Part shown: positions 38,001 through 52,009 of the stretch, piece by piece
Layout of the letters: each line of letters starts with the position of its first letter
How positions within the stretch are numbered: position 1 is the stretch's first letter
Source of the DNA: Lobosporangium transversale
Lineage: Eukaryota
DNA length: 64,000 nt
NCBI RefSeq assembly: GCF_002105155.1
Contig: NW_019028990.1
Coordinates: forward strand, 186,001-250,000
Reading direction: 5' to 3'
Translations under genes and position numbers: made by a program
The notes under the pieces: generated by a model
Database searches by the model: none
Told to the model about the DNA's origin: nothing
What the model saw: the letters and a program-made list of their open reading frames with translations, nothing else

Positions 38001-40848
38001 CAACCTCGATCAAGTATGGAATTTCAAAAGAATCCAACAAAATGAGGGGGTAATTAGGATCATAATCAGGTAAATCTACTATCTCCGAGCAATATGCACT
38101 TTCATCTGCTGTGTAGAGTGTGATCCGTTGGCCATCGTACACCATGAATGACCCTCCTATTAGTTATTGGTCCGAGAATTAAACAAAAATATTTAGTGAA
38201 ATGAGTTAAATGAATAGATGAGCGTATAACACTTGATAGCAAACAACCCTCATGGCTGCAACATACCTTCCCAAGCGGGCGTAACTAACTTCACGTTTCT
38301 GTTTCCAATTGGAAGTGAGCCTACTTCGACTAGACCTGCCGCTACACGATGAGCAAACTAAAGAGTGAACGTTAGGCGCCAATATTTGATCAACAGCGCA
38401 AGCTAGCTAGCAGCCTACTTACACGTGGTGTCTTCAGTTTCCAAAGGGAAATGTCGCCCAGATCACCAAGCGAAGTAAAACAAAGCTGGCGATGATCTTT
38501 CACGATTTCTTTAATTCTGCTTTGCTGGCCCGTCCATGATTGCCTTAGGCTTAGCCCAGCCAATGTATTGGAGCTGTCAAACAACTCCATCATGTTGACA
38601 GAGAAGCAACTGACCCGTCCTTCGTGACTCTGGCCAACAATCGCAACATCAGCAGGTGAACCTATTTTTTTTTTTTTTATGCCCGACTTAGTGTCATTTT
38701 TCCGGCTCAGATCAATTATTTGTATCACAACTCAATAAGTTAGTACCTCTCGACCTTGCTACGGCAGTGTCATGGTACGCTAAAATATTTTTCATAAAAA
38801 ACGACGCCTCAAGTGGCGTAACTGCCTGAGATATTCGTAGTACGAGTAACACTCGAGGCAAGCGTTGTGGAACTTGCCCAAGGCTCTATTTTTATAAAGC
38901 ATAACATTGCCTTTAATACTAATTGATTTGGGTAATACATGTCATAATCTATGAAGAGCACTCGTAGTACCTGAACACCCCAAATGATCATAGATCCATC
39001 GCCTTGGATTTGAAAGAAAAGATCTGACGTGTCTCTGACAATCTCCTTCAGCTTCCGTAACTGAATGCTTGTAGCATCGTTACTCTTATCAACTGTCTTG
39101 CTTGCTGCGTACTCCACAGCCATTGTGAATTCTGTGCCATCAAGCGCATGAATTGGGTATTGGGTAGTGGATTGTTGCTGAGATACAAGCCACTGGTTAG
39201 GATCGATGATCGCACAGATAGTCATCGATTCTGGCTGATGAAGAACAAGTGGCGACCATATACGACAAACGCCATCCTTCGCCATAGTGAACAGTACATT
39301 AATTGTTGACTCGGTGCATCTACTCAATTGCAGATGGAGAACAACAGTATTGGTTAAGTGTATTCAACTCAAGTAAGAAATTTTGACTTTTCCCGCAAAT
39401 TGTCTTTCATTTAGCTTACACGTTGCTAGTTTTTTCTTTACGCCAGGAAAAGTCCAACACAGCCCTTGGGTGCGGCAGATAAAAGAATCCAAAGTCTAAG
39501 CCCTCTCCTATTCAATGATGGACGTTTTCTCGATATCAGAGATTCGCCACATAATCATTATCAAAATCCGCGTAATATCAACTGGGATATTATCTAAAAT
39601 TTGGCTGCTACGTTACCTGCATGCTGTTTCCAGACTTTGACCAAGCGATCGTTCTAAGATATTGATATAGGAAATAAGACAGCTGACTAAGTTTCATGCG
39701 AAAGAGACACTTCCATGTTGCGAAGTTATCTCTAACGGCCCTTGAGCTAAATCAGTTGCTGTATATCCTGTTTCATATATCCTCACCTACCTTGGCCATG
39801 GATGCGAACAACTTGCCATCTGGAGAAAACTGTATAAGGTCAATGCAGGATCCCTGTCTAGGAGTATTGAGATAACAAATTTGTTATTATTACTATTATT
39901 TAATTACTTATTTCCGTTTCCTTGACGATGTAAGGGAGCTGCGACTAATTCTTTACCTTTGTTGCCATAGTTGATTCCAGTGACCTTCCTGCTGACCCCA
40001 TAGTGTCAAATGAATGCTTCCAGTTAAAAGATAGCCTGATCATGATGCAAGGAAAATTGTAAGTGTGGTCTCTGAATAACTCCTTTACTCCTTTAATGGA
40101 AATCGCAGTAATACGATCTAAAATATAATATGCATTACCGTCATTTCTCCAAGCGAGTGACGCTACCCCTTCACAATCCAATGCTCCGTGCAAAGTCCAA
40201 GAATTGATCTAATCAGACCAATAGAATACCACGTATCAGATGATAAATCAAATATACACATGGCAGCATATCAGTCATATCATTGATGCAAACTGTCAGC
40301 AACAGCCTTTTCTTTTTTCTTTTTTTTTTTTTGTCGTCACACGCCTGCTTATACCTTTTCGCCATCATCAATAGGCATCACAGGCGCGTAGACTAGCACA
40401 TGGCGGTTGGTCGTGACTGCGATCTAGAGATAGAATGAAAGGGCGAATTCGGTGAATATAAAAAGATGGATTGTTCAGAGCAGACACGAAAATTATAAAA
40501 CTATGCTACCTTTCCATCAAACTCAGACATGACTACAGCAGAAACAATTTGATTCTGCTGCTCCTTCGAGTCCGCCTGAAGAAACAGGATCTGTATGGGC
40601 TTGAAAGAAGCATCACAAATAACGACAGAGTCCGTAGCAGCATAGAGCTATTGAGTCCTTACGAAAAAAGAAGAAAGAAAAAGAGTGCATTCTATAGTCA
40701 GAAACCTTTGACATGCCATGTTGGACATTGGCATTTAGCATTTTGGCATGAGATGTCGTACGATATATCTCCTTGATTGGTAGCTGATGGTATGAATACT
40801 TTGGAGGGATGCGCTTGTCTTTCCGGGACAAACCTGCTGTAATAGCAT
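30818..40848 (-). CDS. RAV1: RAVE complex subunit Rav1 / rabconnectin-3 alpha (DMXL-like) WD40 protein, many exons
   Basis: Start MLLQQVCPGK at 40848, N-terminal WD40 exons, Rav1p_C motifs RWRTAALKNAFALLGKQRF and YAAAFFLLGDRLQDAVNVC, C-terminal WD40 (SHPSFPLYLTG, AIWDTLLP). The last exon ends ...YTCGPTGFLRAKRNK*. Not all internal exon boundaries were resolved. Confidence 0.88.
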
Positions 40849-41299
40849 ACTTATTTACTGTCTTTTAGTCGAGGGCGGTGTTTTTTCTGGACTTTTCAAT
40901 TATAGAAGAGATTAAATGCATGCAAGCATGACCATATACACACGTGAATTACAAGGGATTTAAGGACAAGATAAAAGGATGGATATAGATGAGTTGCGAA
41001 TGAAAGTGAGGGATGATGTTAATGAAGACCTGATCACAGGACATGACACGAACATTCCACGCACAAGACCTTTTCGTGTAACATGCCTTCACCTCAAAAG
41101 CCACTCGTAGTCAAAGACTATCACGTTTAGGATATCTATAACCCCCCCGCATTAATCACCACTACAAGGGTCACTTCCCCATCTACTCTGGCATATTCCA
41201 ACAATTTATTTAATCTAGGCAGGATACTAGCAGCCATTACCATGTTCTCAGAAATCTATCTTTAAACTTCCTCTAAACGGATTTGCTGTAGCAATTCCC

Positions 41300-44200
41300 G
41301 AATGTTTAAACTGCAGGCAGTTTGCTTTGGTCAGGCTCGACGCAATAGCAGCCCACATTGGCATTGCTGATTATGGACAAAAAAAGCTCGATAAGTCCGT
41401 GCTCTTCACTGTCATCGCGTAATATCAAAGCGGTAAACGGCTGCACATTTTCTTTCAAAACAAGGGGCTATTTCGCCTTCCTGAAACCTCCACTGGTCGC
41501 AATTTAACTTGATACCTTTGGCGTCTCGAAAGATTTCGGTTAGAGGCCAGTATTCTTACTTTTACATTTGCTCGAGAAAATCCTTTTGTCATTGAGTGCT
41601 TGCTTGATGTGATCAAATGGTGGATGTCCATCAACCTTCCCACCGCTTCCTACTTCTTCTGTTCCAGAATCCAGAACTGTTGTATCCATTTACCTGTGGT
41701 TGATGTAACTATGCAGCGCAGCAGGAATGGCGTTTTGAAAAAACCTGTCGCGGTCGTAAAAGATATGCTGAAATTGAGCTTGTTGAGGCGGAAATCTACA
41801 TTCAGGCCCAAGAGCCCGGAGTCCAGCGCCCTGGCTCTTTTTCTTGCCCCACCATTTCCTTCTGGCTTCTTTTTGTCTAGAGTCAGGAACGCCGGTTGAA
41901 AATGCTAGATGTTCAAGTTTAACTGTTTCTCTGAATGTAGCAATCCGCTGTCCCCTGCCGCATTTCAAAAAACGATGGCCGGCTTACACCTTATCTTTTG
42001 ATGGATCGTATAAGTGATAGATGACGGCTGTAGAGTTTATCATATCCAGAAACCATAAGCAGAGTTGACGCTCGTCATAATGCCCACGATAATGATATCG
42101 GGTGTGGTAGCTAAATGAGCGGAGGAAAGACGGTAAGAAAACTCGTCAATTTCACACGGTACCCGTCAGAGGGCAGAAACTACATGCTGGTCATCTTTCT
42201 ATTTGGTTAGTTGACAAGTGGTACATCTCACCAGCCAAGTTCAATGGCGGAGGGAAAAAAGGAGGAGAAGGGCTTTGGTGCTGAGGAAAGTGCTTGCTCT
42301 CTGATCTTGCGGACTGCCTGTCTGAAAGTTAGTAGGCCAATAAGGCATAGGCATTGAAGTTTTGCCTATCGTGGATTGATACAAGTTACGTGATTAATAA
42401 TAATTGATTGCCAATATGAATATCATGTAACTACTGAAAGATCTCATGCATTTTTATGGCTTGACTGCGAAGAGATAGCCACCCGTCTCCTTTTGCAACC
42501 GAATAAAAAGACGCTGATACAGACGAAAATGAAGAAAGAAAATATATCATATGCCTGTACCCGTAGGCCTATGCAAACGCATCTCGGGGGCTTTATCGAG
42601 CCGCTCCATAATCTTGGTACCAAAAGTGCCTTAATAGTCGACTGCCTCTTGACTATAGGACGGCATTGATGGCTTCTACAGGCATCACGTGGGGGCTGCC
42701 ACTCAAGCCAACGATAAGGGAATGGATGAAGCTAAAATAAATAATGTTAGTAGAGGATAGTATTTGGTAATGACGTGAAATAATACGTGAATGATATCTC
42801 CGTGCCTTTAGTGGACTCCTCCTACGCTCTTTGAGCGGATATGATTATGAAAACCTCTGATCCGGACATCGGGAATGGCAGGTGGTACTTGGATCTGGCA
42901 AAGGCTCCATTGAGCCAATGATTCCAAGGTGCAATTTTATGTAAGCTGAGTTCTACATTGATTACTTCGGACATCTCTACAACCATGGTCACCACCATTT
43001 GAGAGCACTTCCCTCCCACTACACGATGAATATACAGGCTTACTCATCTTATGAACTAAATGCAGCTATTCCTTCATATCGAGTCTGAAAAGAGAAATGA
43101 TTGAAAACCAATGGCCATCCTCGCTTACCTGTAAGCGGATTATATGGGTCCTCTTTGGTCCCTAAAGAAAGGGCTATCATCGTGAGGTAACCTCCAATCG
43201 GGAGACGGCAATTGGATTTATCAAACACTTGCATATATCCTACTCTGCGTGGGTCAGGATATGATTGATAGACTATCCGACTTTGATGCGTTGATGGCAT
43301 GCAGAATCATCGCAGCCCCACTTGTCTCGACCGTTATTTCAGACTTGACTCTTCTCAATGTGGTTGCTGAGGCAGGCTTGAGTGATAATGGTGGTAAGAG
43401 CGCTTTGATTAGGATTGATTGTCTGATGTTTTACTTATGCTACCAGGAATATAGGATAGCGGCTACTCCGGAGGTGGCTGTGGATGAGATGTTCAAAGAG
43501 GTTATTATTATCGCTGCTATTCGATTCCTGAGCTTGAGTGCTAACCAAGTAATGTTTCTTAATGATCTCCATCTCCTTTTGCATCTTTTTGAGCCGATCC
43601 ATTTTATGGCTAAAATCTCGTGTCATATAGTCGATCCAGAAACAGAAACAAAAATGAATGTTATAGTCAGGATCGAACCAATGCACAGTTTCCCTAATTA
43701 CAATAATACTGTTTATATGGACTGTACATACCGCAGCTACCATGTGAGCCATCGGATCTGTGAGGCCAGTCTGAAGATGGCTAGCAAGGGCGGGCCTTGC
43801 TCCCCACACAGCTAAAAGAGTGCCACTGTTGTTATCCATGTTCTCTCCCAAAACTCATCCGTCGGCACATACTCCGATGTCTACTCTTGCTCTCTCCTCT
43901 TACTGTACTCGCTATATCCATTAGACATGCTATTTTGGTCATTGTCTGCAGGCAGAGCGTCCGTTGGATTGGAGCAAATGAACCATATGAAGCCTTTGGT
44001 GGCGAAGTTCATTCCATTTGAGCTACTATATATAAGCCCATGGATGGAGGTATTGCAGATGGTTCGGTTGGTGATGCTACTACAGCCCCTTGAGTTATGC
44101 TCGCTGATACTGATGCAGGCCTCAACGTATTAATGAATGGTAGCGACTACTGTGGTAAACCAATGGCGACAAGCCTCGATGCATTTGTTGATCTGGAAGA

Positions 44201-44450
44201 ACGCCCCTGTCGCGCAACCATAGGCTTCATAAAGGGCTACAATATCGCGTCCGTTTATTGTTGTGCAGCCAATTGTTCAGATGGCTGTAAGTTCTGATTC
44301 TCCGCAGTGGATATAAATGCGCCATCCTGATTATCTTTCCGTATATCTCGATAGTGCCCTTAAGATGGCTGAAGATTAGGACATCCAAGTTTGCGACAAC
44401 ATTCATGCAGCAAATAGAAGAGTTGCCGTGTCAATGGAACAAATATCAAA
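41300..44450 (-). pseudogene. Decayed coding-like DNA of unknown family
   Basis: Balanced composition with few homopolymers. Minus-strand frames of 60-140 aa are broken by stops and frameshifts, and no motif was recognised. Confidence 0.25.
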
Positions 44451-44955
44451 GTAGCCGGCAAAAGCATGCATCGTCTATCGCAGGGTATCAATGATATTTT
44501 TTCGTAATCAAGCTAATGGCACGGGGGTGTTTCCTTCTTGCTGTTAATTTTTTTTTTTTATTATATTTTTTTTATTCTTTTGCTTATATCTCCATTCCTA
44601 TTCGTAAGGAGTAGCCCCTCTATCCCTGCTATGAACAAGAGGGCAAAGGTCTCTCAATCAACCTTTATACTATTCGTAGATATATATGATGTCTTGGGAG
44701 TCGGGCATTCTACCTCAAGCCGCATTTGGCTGCCTGCTCATGCTTCTCAACTAAAGTAATCTCTGTGCTCGAACCCATTATATGTCCCGCTTGCAAGAAT
44801 TGGATAACAGAGTAAGAATCAGACATGTTATTCTAACCTTTAGTTTGAAGGATCAGATAGGAACATACAGGGCGATGATATGCGAACGACGCGAAACATT
44901 TCTTTCAAAGCACAACAAATTAATAAAGACAAGATTCTGAGATGCAAAATAGTTT

Positions 44956-45150
44956 TTATGTAGTCTTCTTATTAGTATTCACATAACCGATGCCGACACA
45001 TGTCATGACTAACGTATCGGGTGCTGCTCCAAGAACTGTCTTGTCCTTGTCTGTTTCTTGTGTAATCTTGAACGTTGAGCCGAAAAAGTCTTGTAAATCA
45101 CGTAGGTACTGAATTCTGTTTCAGCATTGCCCAAAAGATATAAACAAATG

Positions 45151-45189
<39 letters not shown>

Positions 45190-47174
45190 TAGGCTTAGCT
45201 GTCAATCAAATGAAATAGACCTAATGACAGGCTAAAAAAATAAATTAAAAAGAAAAGAGAGACTTACGTAAAAGGAGTTAATTCGCCAACGCGAACTTTA
45301 CTGACATCATTGGGTCCCAAGACCATCATCAAAAGTATCAATGTTTGTGAAATAGAGTCTACACATCCTCCTTTCCGAATTTCTGCTAACAACATACGCG
45401 CAGCCTGCAATCCAACATCTTCAGGTGCCTGCCCTGGCCCTCCAGCGAGCTCTGCAGAGTAGAATGCAGAAGTCGTCGTCTTGGCCAATAAAGAAATACC
45501 AAAGCCTGGTGAAAGACCTGATTTATCGCCCTGATAGTGTACTGCTGCAATGTTGATATCATTAATATAGTCGAGCATACCCCTTGCAGAATCTACCATG
45601 CGGTTTGAGAACTGTGGTGCTACACGGGTACAGTAACTAGTGCATATTGAAGAAGAAAAAAAAATTAGAGAGGTTCATAGGCTTTAAATAATAAACAGCC
45701 GTAATGTCTTTCTGCCTCTTCTGTCTTCAGTGGCTCATCCCACACTTACGCAACGCCGCGAATCCTCTTGATACGGCCCTCATCCAGAAATTGAATAGGT
45801 TTTAATGTACGGATAATAGGACATCTAAACGTAACTTTCCCTCCTCCATTTGGTGGAGCTCCACGTACAGCAATCTATGCCAATGAAGCAAAAGATCCAT
45901 AATGTCAGTTTTATGAGAGGAAAAGATAACTTTTTTTTTTTTTTTTTTTTTTTTGTCGATCATAAGCAAATCTTCAATATAAATCAGTAAACCATAATAA
46001 AATAGATTCGCTCTACTTACATCCAATTCAAGTCCTTCCTCGATACCAAACTTTTTGAGCTGTGGAAGAAGTACTGTACGTATGATATCAACCTATAATC
46101 GAATGAATATGGGACGAAATATTTAATTGAATGAAATGGCTTTAAGTCTCTTGGTTGTGACTCCATGAATCCCCTATGTCTATCAATGAGCCTTGATATG
46201 CTCAGTATGTCCAAATTGCATGATACTGCTTGCGAGAAAAGCTATCGGATCCACATGCTGACTATTCCCTCCTTTCCTGATCCATCATATCATCATATTG
46301 TTTTAAATATTTTGCCAGTCCTGCCAATGCTCATATGTTCTCTTGTTATCCATGGTGCTCGAAAGATCATTCATGAACACTCCTGCTTATTCCTTCCTGC
46401 ATGCAAGTGTCTTTCACCAAGCTATGGCATAATAATAAAGAGCACTTACAGATATATCGACATTATCATTCGTAATTCCGTTCAATGTGATGTTCATAGG
46501 GGTCTTCGAGAATGGTCCAAGGGCAATGAGAGGTTCTAGGAAATATCCGATCGCACGAGAATTCCCGCAGTCATGATATACTTTTCCACCAATAATCACT
46601 CCTGGCTTATAGACGATTGATGTACCTATTAATGTTCGATTCCCATTCAAATCCGACGATGCATGATCTTGTTAGTTAAATGTCTTTTTTTTTTTTTTTT
46701 GTTTATCATTACTATAGCCATCCGGTATGCAACATCCAACTTTATCGCCCATTGCTAATTATCATTGTCACTGCATCCTCCTGATTGCGTTACTGCTTAG
46801 ATAGACGCACCTGTGTAACTGATCTCGATTGTTGCTCCGTTTGTGACCTTCTCCAATAATCGTAAAAAGTTTGCCTCGAAATCTATTTGAATCAAATATA
46901 AGAAAAAAAAAATGTTAGGCTCTTGCTTATTATGTTTGTTGAAGAAAAGAACAAAGATCAATTGCTTTTTATATATACATATATATGTGATATGCTGTCA
47001 TTTTCAATCGAGTTTTAGTTGACGAGCTCAAGTATTCCTGAAAGTACCTCGAAGTCCAGGATTGGCATCGTTGGAACGAATCTTGTCAATCTTTAGAATT
47101 TTTCCTGAAAGTGTTGCCAACACTAGCCTTTGACGAAGGTAGTTGTGGCCTTCAAACTTGACTATTTTTGACAT
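44956..47174 (-). CDS. RCL1: RNA 3'-terminal phosphate cyclase-like protein Rcl1; exons 47174-47048, 46882-46811, 46625-46450, 46092-46021, 45874-45750, 45636-45268, 45115-44956
   Basis: FEGHNYLRQRLVLATLSGK...NPGLRDFEANFLRLLEKVTNG, RAIGYFLEPL, RGAPPNGGG, IKRIRGVAYCTRV, GLSPGFGISL, and CVGIGYVN. All splice phases fit. Confidence 0.93.
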
Positions 47175-47239
47175 TTTTTATTTTTTGAAATGTAATGAAA
47201 TGTGTTGACGACAATGCAGAGCTCTTTGTTGGCTTGGGC

Positions 47240-47273
<34 letters not shown>

Positions 47274-49200
47274 TTGCTTCAAGTGGCTTGGACTGGAATT
47301 TGTAAACAAAAATTCCTGTCTATTGAAAATGATTTTTTTTTCCTACACATTTGTCATAGCGATTTTTTTTTATTTTCTTTGCAAGTTTTCACTTTTGATA
47401 AAGTCATTCATCACATAATAAAAATAAAAAGCTCCTTGAGCATCTTTACGTGGATACTTTTGCTTTCTAGAGGGAATGGAGGTCATAACCTTTTACTTTA
47501 TTCTATTCTACTATTGACTAGTTCGCCACTTTTTTTTCCAATTGTCAATTACAGAGTCATCCTTTGAAAATTAAGGTAGGACACGAACACTAATCGTTAT
47601 TTTCGCTCTGAGGATTCAGGAAAAAGAAGCAGTCAATATAAATATATATATATATATTCTACTGAATAAGCGTCTCATTTGTAGACTGTTGGGAATACGT
47701 CCTTTTTTTTTTTTTTTTTCCCAGTGCTAAAAAAAAAAAAAAAAAAAAAAAGGGTCAGGGTTGTACATGTACATGTTATTCAATGAAGAAATGCTAAGAT
47801 TGGAAAGATTTAAATATAGACATTTTTTCTTTTCGTTGAAAAATGAAGGTTTAACTGTACATGAACGACATGATAAAAAAAAAATAGCTGATGACATGGC
47901 GGAAAGGCACATTAAAAGCGGTTGGGTCTATCAAAAACATATTTTTTCACATATATCTTTCAATCGGTCAATATTGGCATAGTGCTTATTCCTGATAAAA
48001 GTATAGAAAAGAAAAGTTTACTGGTAAGGAACAAGCATTGTTGGATCCATAACTCTCTCCTACCAGGTCCTACAGGAACGTATACTTGGTCAAGACAACG
48101 ATGAGGTAATAGGGAATTGGGTATTGGAGTGAGATACAAAGCATACAGTTGTCTATCTTTGTTCAATAGGGTTGAGATGAAGAAAAAAAAAAAAAAAAAA
48201 AAGCGCAATTCCAGAGGGCTCTCAAAGGAAAAATAGGGTTAAAATTCAAAGGAAGACCAGCCTTTTGTCAGTAGCACTGTCTATATCTCTATATTGTATA
48301 AACATTCTACTGAATGACTGGATTGCTGTATTACTGTGCACACACTCTAGTCTTTTGTTCACTGGAGAAATGCAGGTTCATACAGACCAGCAGAGTCCGC
48401 CTCCGCTAGTTCAAGAAAGTCAACGGGAAGGAAGTTTATGAGATAAAGATATGCAAAAGCCAAATTATCTGTAACAATTAGATTAGTGTCCATTGACAGG
48501 TTGATGGCATGGGCCTGGATTGTCATGCCAACATTGTCTAGATGTTGATGTTAATGATTATATAAATGGGCGTGGTGTTACACTCAGGAACTGGTTGCAG
48601 TTTACCCGGAATGCACGCTGTTTCGGAAGAAAACAAAATTAAATCGTCTTGCGCCAGAAACAACAAATAAAAATAATCTGTTTATATTTTTAAAATGGAG
48701 AAAAAAGAGTCTGTGTGCTCATCTTTTTACTTATTTTGTCCGACCTGTTGGACCTGTTGCGACTTCCTTTCTTAGTTTGGAGAGAATGAGGCGAGTTGGA
48801 TATCAGAGAGCTAATGCAATGCAAAGCTATAAACACAAATTTAATTTTTCTGGTCCAATCCTTGATAAGTTCCCGGATAGAAAAGGGCAGAGGCGGTTGG
48901 ACAGGGCACAACAGGTAATTAAAATAGATCCATTCTACACAGCCTAGTGGACTTTATCTCCCATGCCTTAAATCTCTTATAAATACCTGGCGTCCATGGG
49001 CTTGTATCCGACTTTACTTCTTCTTCATCCTCCCTTATTAATATCCATTAATCCTCATTACCTTCTCCCCTCCCCCTCTCTCCTTCTCGTCACCAGCACA
49101 TCTCCACCCCTTCCTTCCTTCACGGACTTTATCTTTTTCTTCCCTTTTTCCTCTACTTTTCTAGTCCCCCTTCCTCTCATTTCACGAGATTTAATACAAA

Positions 49201-50471
49201 ATGGTTAAAATCCTTGCCACTTCCTTCACTGTCTTTATTTTGACCATCTCGGCTGTTAAAGCCCAGACTACCATTAACATCGCCGATTTCCCTACCATCA
49301 ATGAAGTTCCTCCAATTGATTCTCCTCAGGTACAGCAGTGGTTGAAGGAGATTGACCTCTCTGGTTCCCCTGACATCGCTCCACTGCAGGCTCCAAGGGG
49401 CTCGCCCCCTACGTGCCAGGTCCCGGCCGTTCCCAATTCGTAAGTCCTTTTAAAATCAACCGCTCTTTCAGCGACGCCAGATTAGCCAGCAATCTCACCG
49501 TTGAGAATTTTTCTCTCTTTTCCTTTCTTAGCTGTGTCTGGACTTGTGAAGGTTGTGCTGCCGATGATGTCACCTCCTGTGCTGTTGCCAACACTTGGGG
49601 TTTGACATTCGATGACGGTCCCTCAACCGCGACCCCCACATTGTTGTCTTTCCTCAAGGCCAACAAGCTCTCTGCCTCCTTCTTCCTCATTGGCTCCAAT
49701 GTCATTCAACACCCCGAAATTGTGAAACAAGAGGTTAAGGATGGTCATCACTTGGCTTCCCATACTTGGTCTCATACTGCCTTGACCACACTCTCGAACG
49801 AACAGATTGTGGCCGAGATGAAGTGGACTGAGAAGGCTGTCATGGATGCCACAGGCCTTCGTCTCAAATACATGCGTCCTCCTTATGGTGATATCAACAA
49901 CCGTGTCCGTTTCGTCCTCAAGAAGTTGGGTTACATCCCTGTGGACTGGACCGGTGATCAATTTGACACCAATGATTGGAGAGTTGGACCTGCTAAGGGC
50001 CAATGGACTATGAATCAGGCAGTTAGTACCTTTACAAAGTCTTTGGATACCTATGTGGCTTCTGCCAAGACCTCGGGCTTCTACTGCTTGGAGCATGATG
50101 TCAGCAAGACCACTGTCGACGCTGCTTTGCAATTGATTCCTTTGGGTCTTACTCGTAAGATCAACTTTGCTAATGTCGCTGGATGCCAGAGTGATGCTTC
50201 CCCTTACCAGGCTGGTAGCACTTCCCCTATTCCCAGCACCGCTGGCGTCACCACTGGCAACAGCACCAACCCCACCACTGGCAGTGGTAACGGAGCCGCC
50301 AAGCCCACCACAGGTTCTTCAAGCCCCTCGGGATCTACAGGCACTTCCACAGGTGCTTCTACTAAAGGCAGTGGTACTACTGTTCAAATCAGTGCAGGTC
50401 ATCTCCAGGCTGCCTCCGCCGGTATTGTCTCAGCTGCTGCACTCGTTGTTGCTGGTGCCCTGCTTGCATAA
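49201..50471 (+). CDS. Chitin/polysaccharide deacetylase (CE4, NodB domain), secreted and probably GPI-anchored; exons 49201-49439, 49532-50471
   Basis: Signal peptide, TFDDGP, HTWSH, RPPYG, LEHD, a Ser/Thr/Gly stalk and a hydrophobic C-terminal tail. Confidence 0.93.
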
Positions 50472-51754
50472 AGGACATGTAGAAAGAAGAGAATATATAT
50501 AATAATAAATGTTAATAGATTTTGTTTACATTATATTTTAATATATCCATAATGTTTATTATTTATCTCGATGTTGATGATCATATCAAAGGTGATATGG
50601 AGGAAGGCTTAAAAAAAGAAAATTATGTAGTGAATTCGACAAAACTCTGTCGAGAATAAACTATCTGTCAAAAAAAGACCCATCTATCCTTGTGTTGACC
50701 AGTCTACTCTTCAGTGAATGGTAGGCTTTCATATAAATGAAATGTGGCTTATTCAGTGTGTTGTGAGATCCAAGATAAATACCTTAGAAAGAACTAGGGA
50801 AGTGGTCTAGAGGAGCAATATGTCATCACGCCGAATGAGAGCATCGATCATCCACTGCATCCTTTACAGAGCGTTCTTCCCAATTGCTCTCGCAAAAGTC
50901 TTTTCATCCATTGTACATGTACGTTAATAGAGTACAACAGCGGCGTCGGTAGCATTCCTTTGTCTTTGTATAGCTATATGGCTCATAAACTAACCACTAT
51001 GACTATATAAAAAAAAATAAAAAATAAAAAAAAATAAAAAAAAAAAAAATTACCCTAGCCGAAGGAGAAGAATTTAGGTACCCTCTAATGAGGACTTTCT
51101 AAAGTAAACCAAAGGTCATTGATGTACAGTACTGAAGCGAGAGAATATATCATAGCAGATGGCCGTTGCGTCCCACAAGGAGATTGCTTTTTCAACCTAT
51201 GCTCTGCCTGCCTGAGTATGAGAAAATGATATCAGACAAAAGTATATGTGTATCCTAATGACTCTCTCTGGCGTAGAGCCTTCCTATTTTATGACTTGAA
51301 GAATGAAACTCGAGTATTAGTGTAGGTATATTGATATGAAGAACCGAGTTGCTTTGAGTTGCTGCTTCCTAGGCATATAGTCACTTAAATATGCAAAGGA
51401 AAAAAATGAGGATTACTAACCACCAACATTAATGGTGAGCTTGGACATTGTTCTAATCAAGCAAGCACATGCTAGTCTTTTCTTTTTTTTTTTTTTTACA
51501 TTAAAGAAATCAGCTTATTGATGTATCATTCCCGATTTTGCTGACGGTGCGTATGGTGTGGTGGACTGTACAGATGCCATCTCTCTTTCTCTACTCTGTA
51601 CAAGTATCATTTCTTCCAGCTGACAGCTGACACTTATACACGAAGATGCGAGGAGTCGACCCTCCTTTTTTTTATTTATTTGGATCACATAAAAACCACT
51701 ATTTAATACAGCTACGCCTGGTTCACCTTGCATTTGTTGACACGTAATAAGAAC

Positions 51755-52009
51755 ATGTCTCTCGATGATAGTACACCTTTTCAAAATGAGATTTATCTAG
51801 CTATACCACAGGCTTGGCAGATGAGCGAACCGTCAGAACATATACACGACACTATACAGCATCAACATCAACCACGACTGAAGGAAGATAGCGACCAGCG
51901 CTATTATTCATTGGAATTGTTTATCATCCTTCTCACGATCTTCTCAAGTTTGCCTACGGCAATCTTTTTAGCTTGGATTGTTACCTGGAGTGCAGCAATC
52001 TTGGTATGA
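51755..52009 (+). CDS. Possible small membrane protein (84 aa), unverified
   Basis: ATG-initiated ORF ending in a long hydrophobic segment (LFIILLTIFSSLPTAIFLAWIVTWSAAILV). No homology was recognised. Confidence 0.2.
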   Translation: MSLDDSTPFQNEIYLAIPQAWQMSEPSEHIHDTIQHQHQPRLKEDSDQRYYSLELFIILLTIFSSLPTAIFLAWIVTWSAAILV

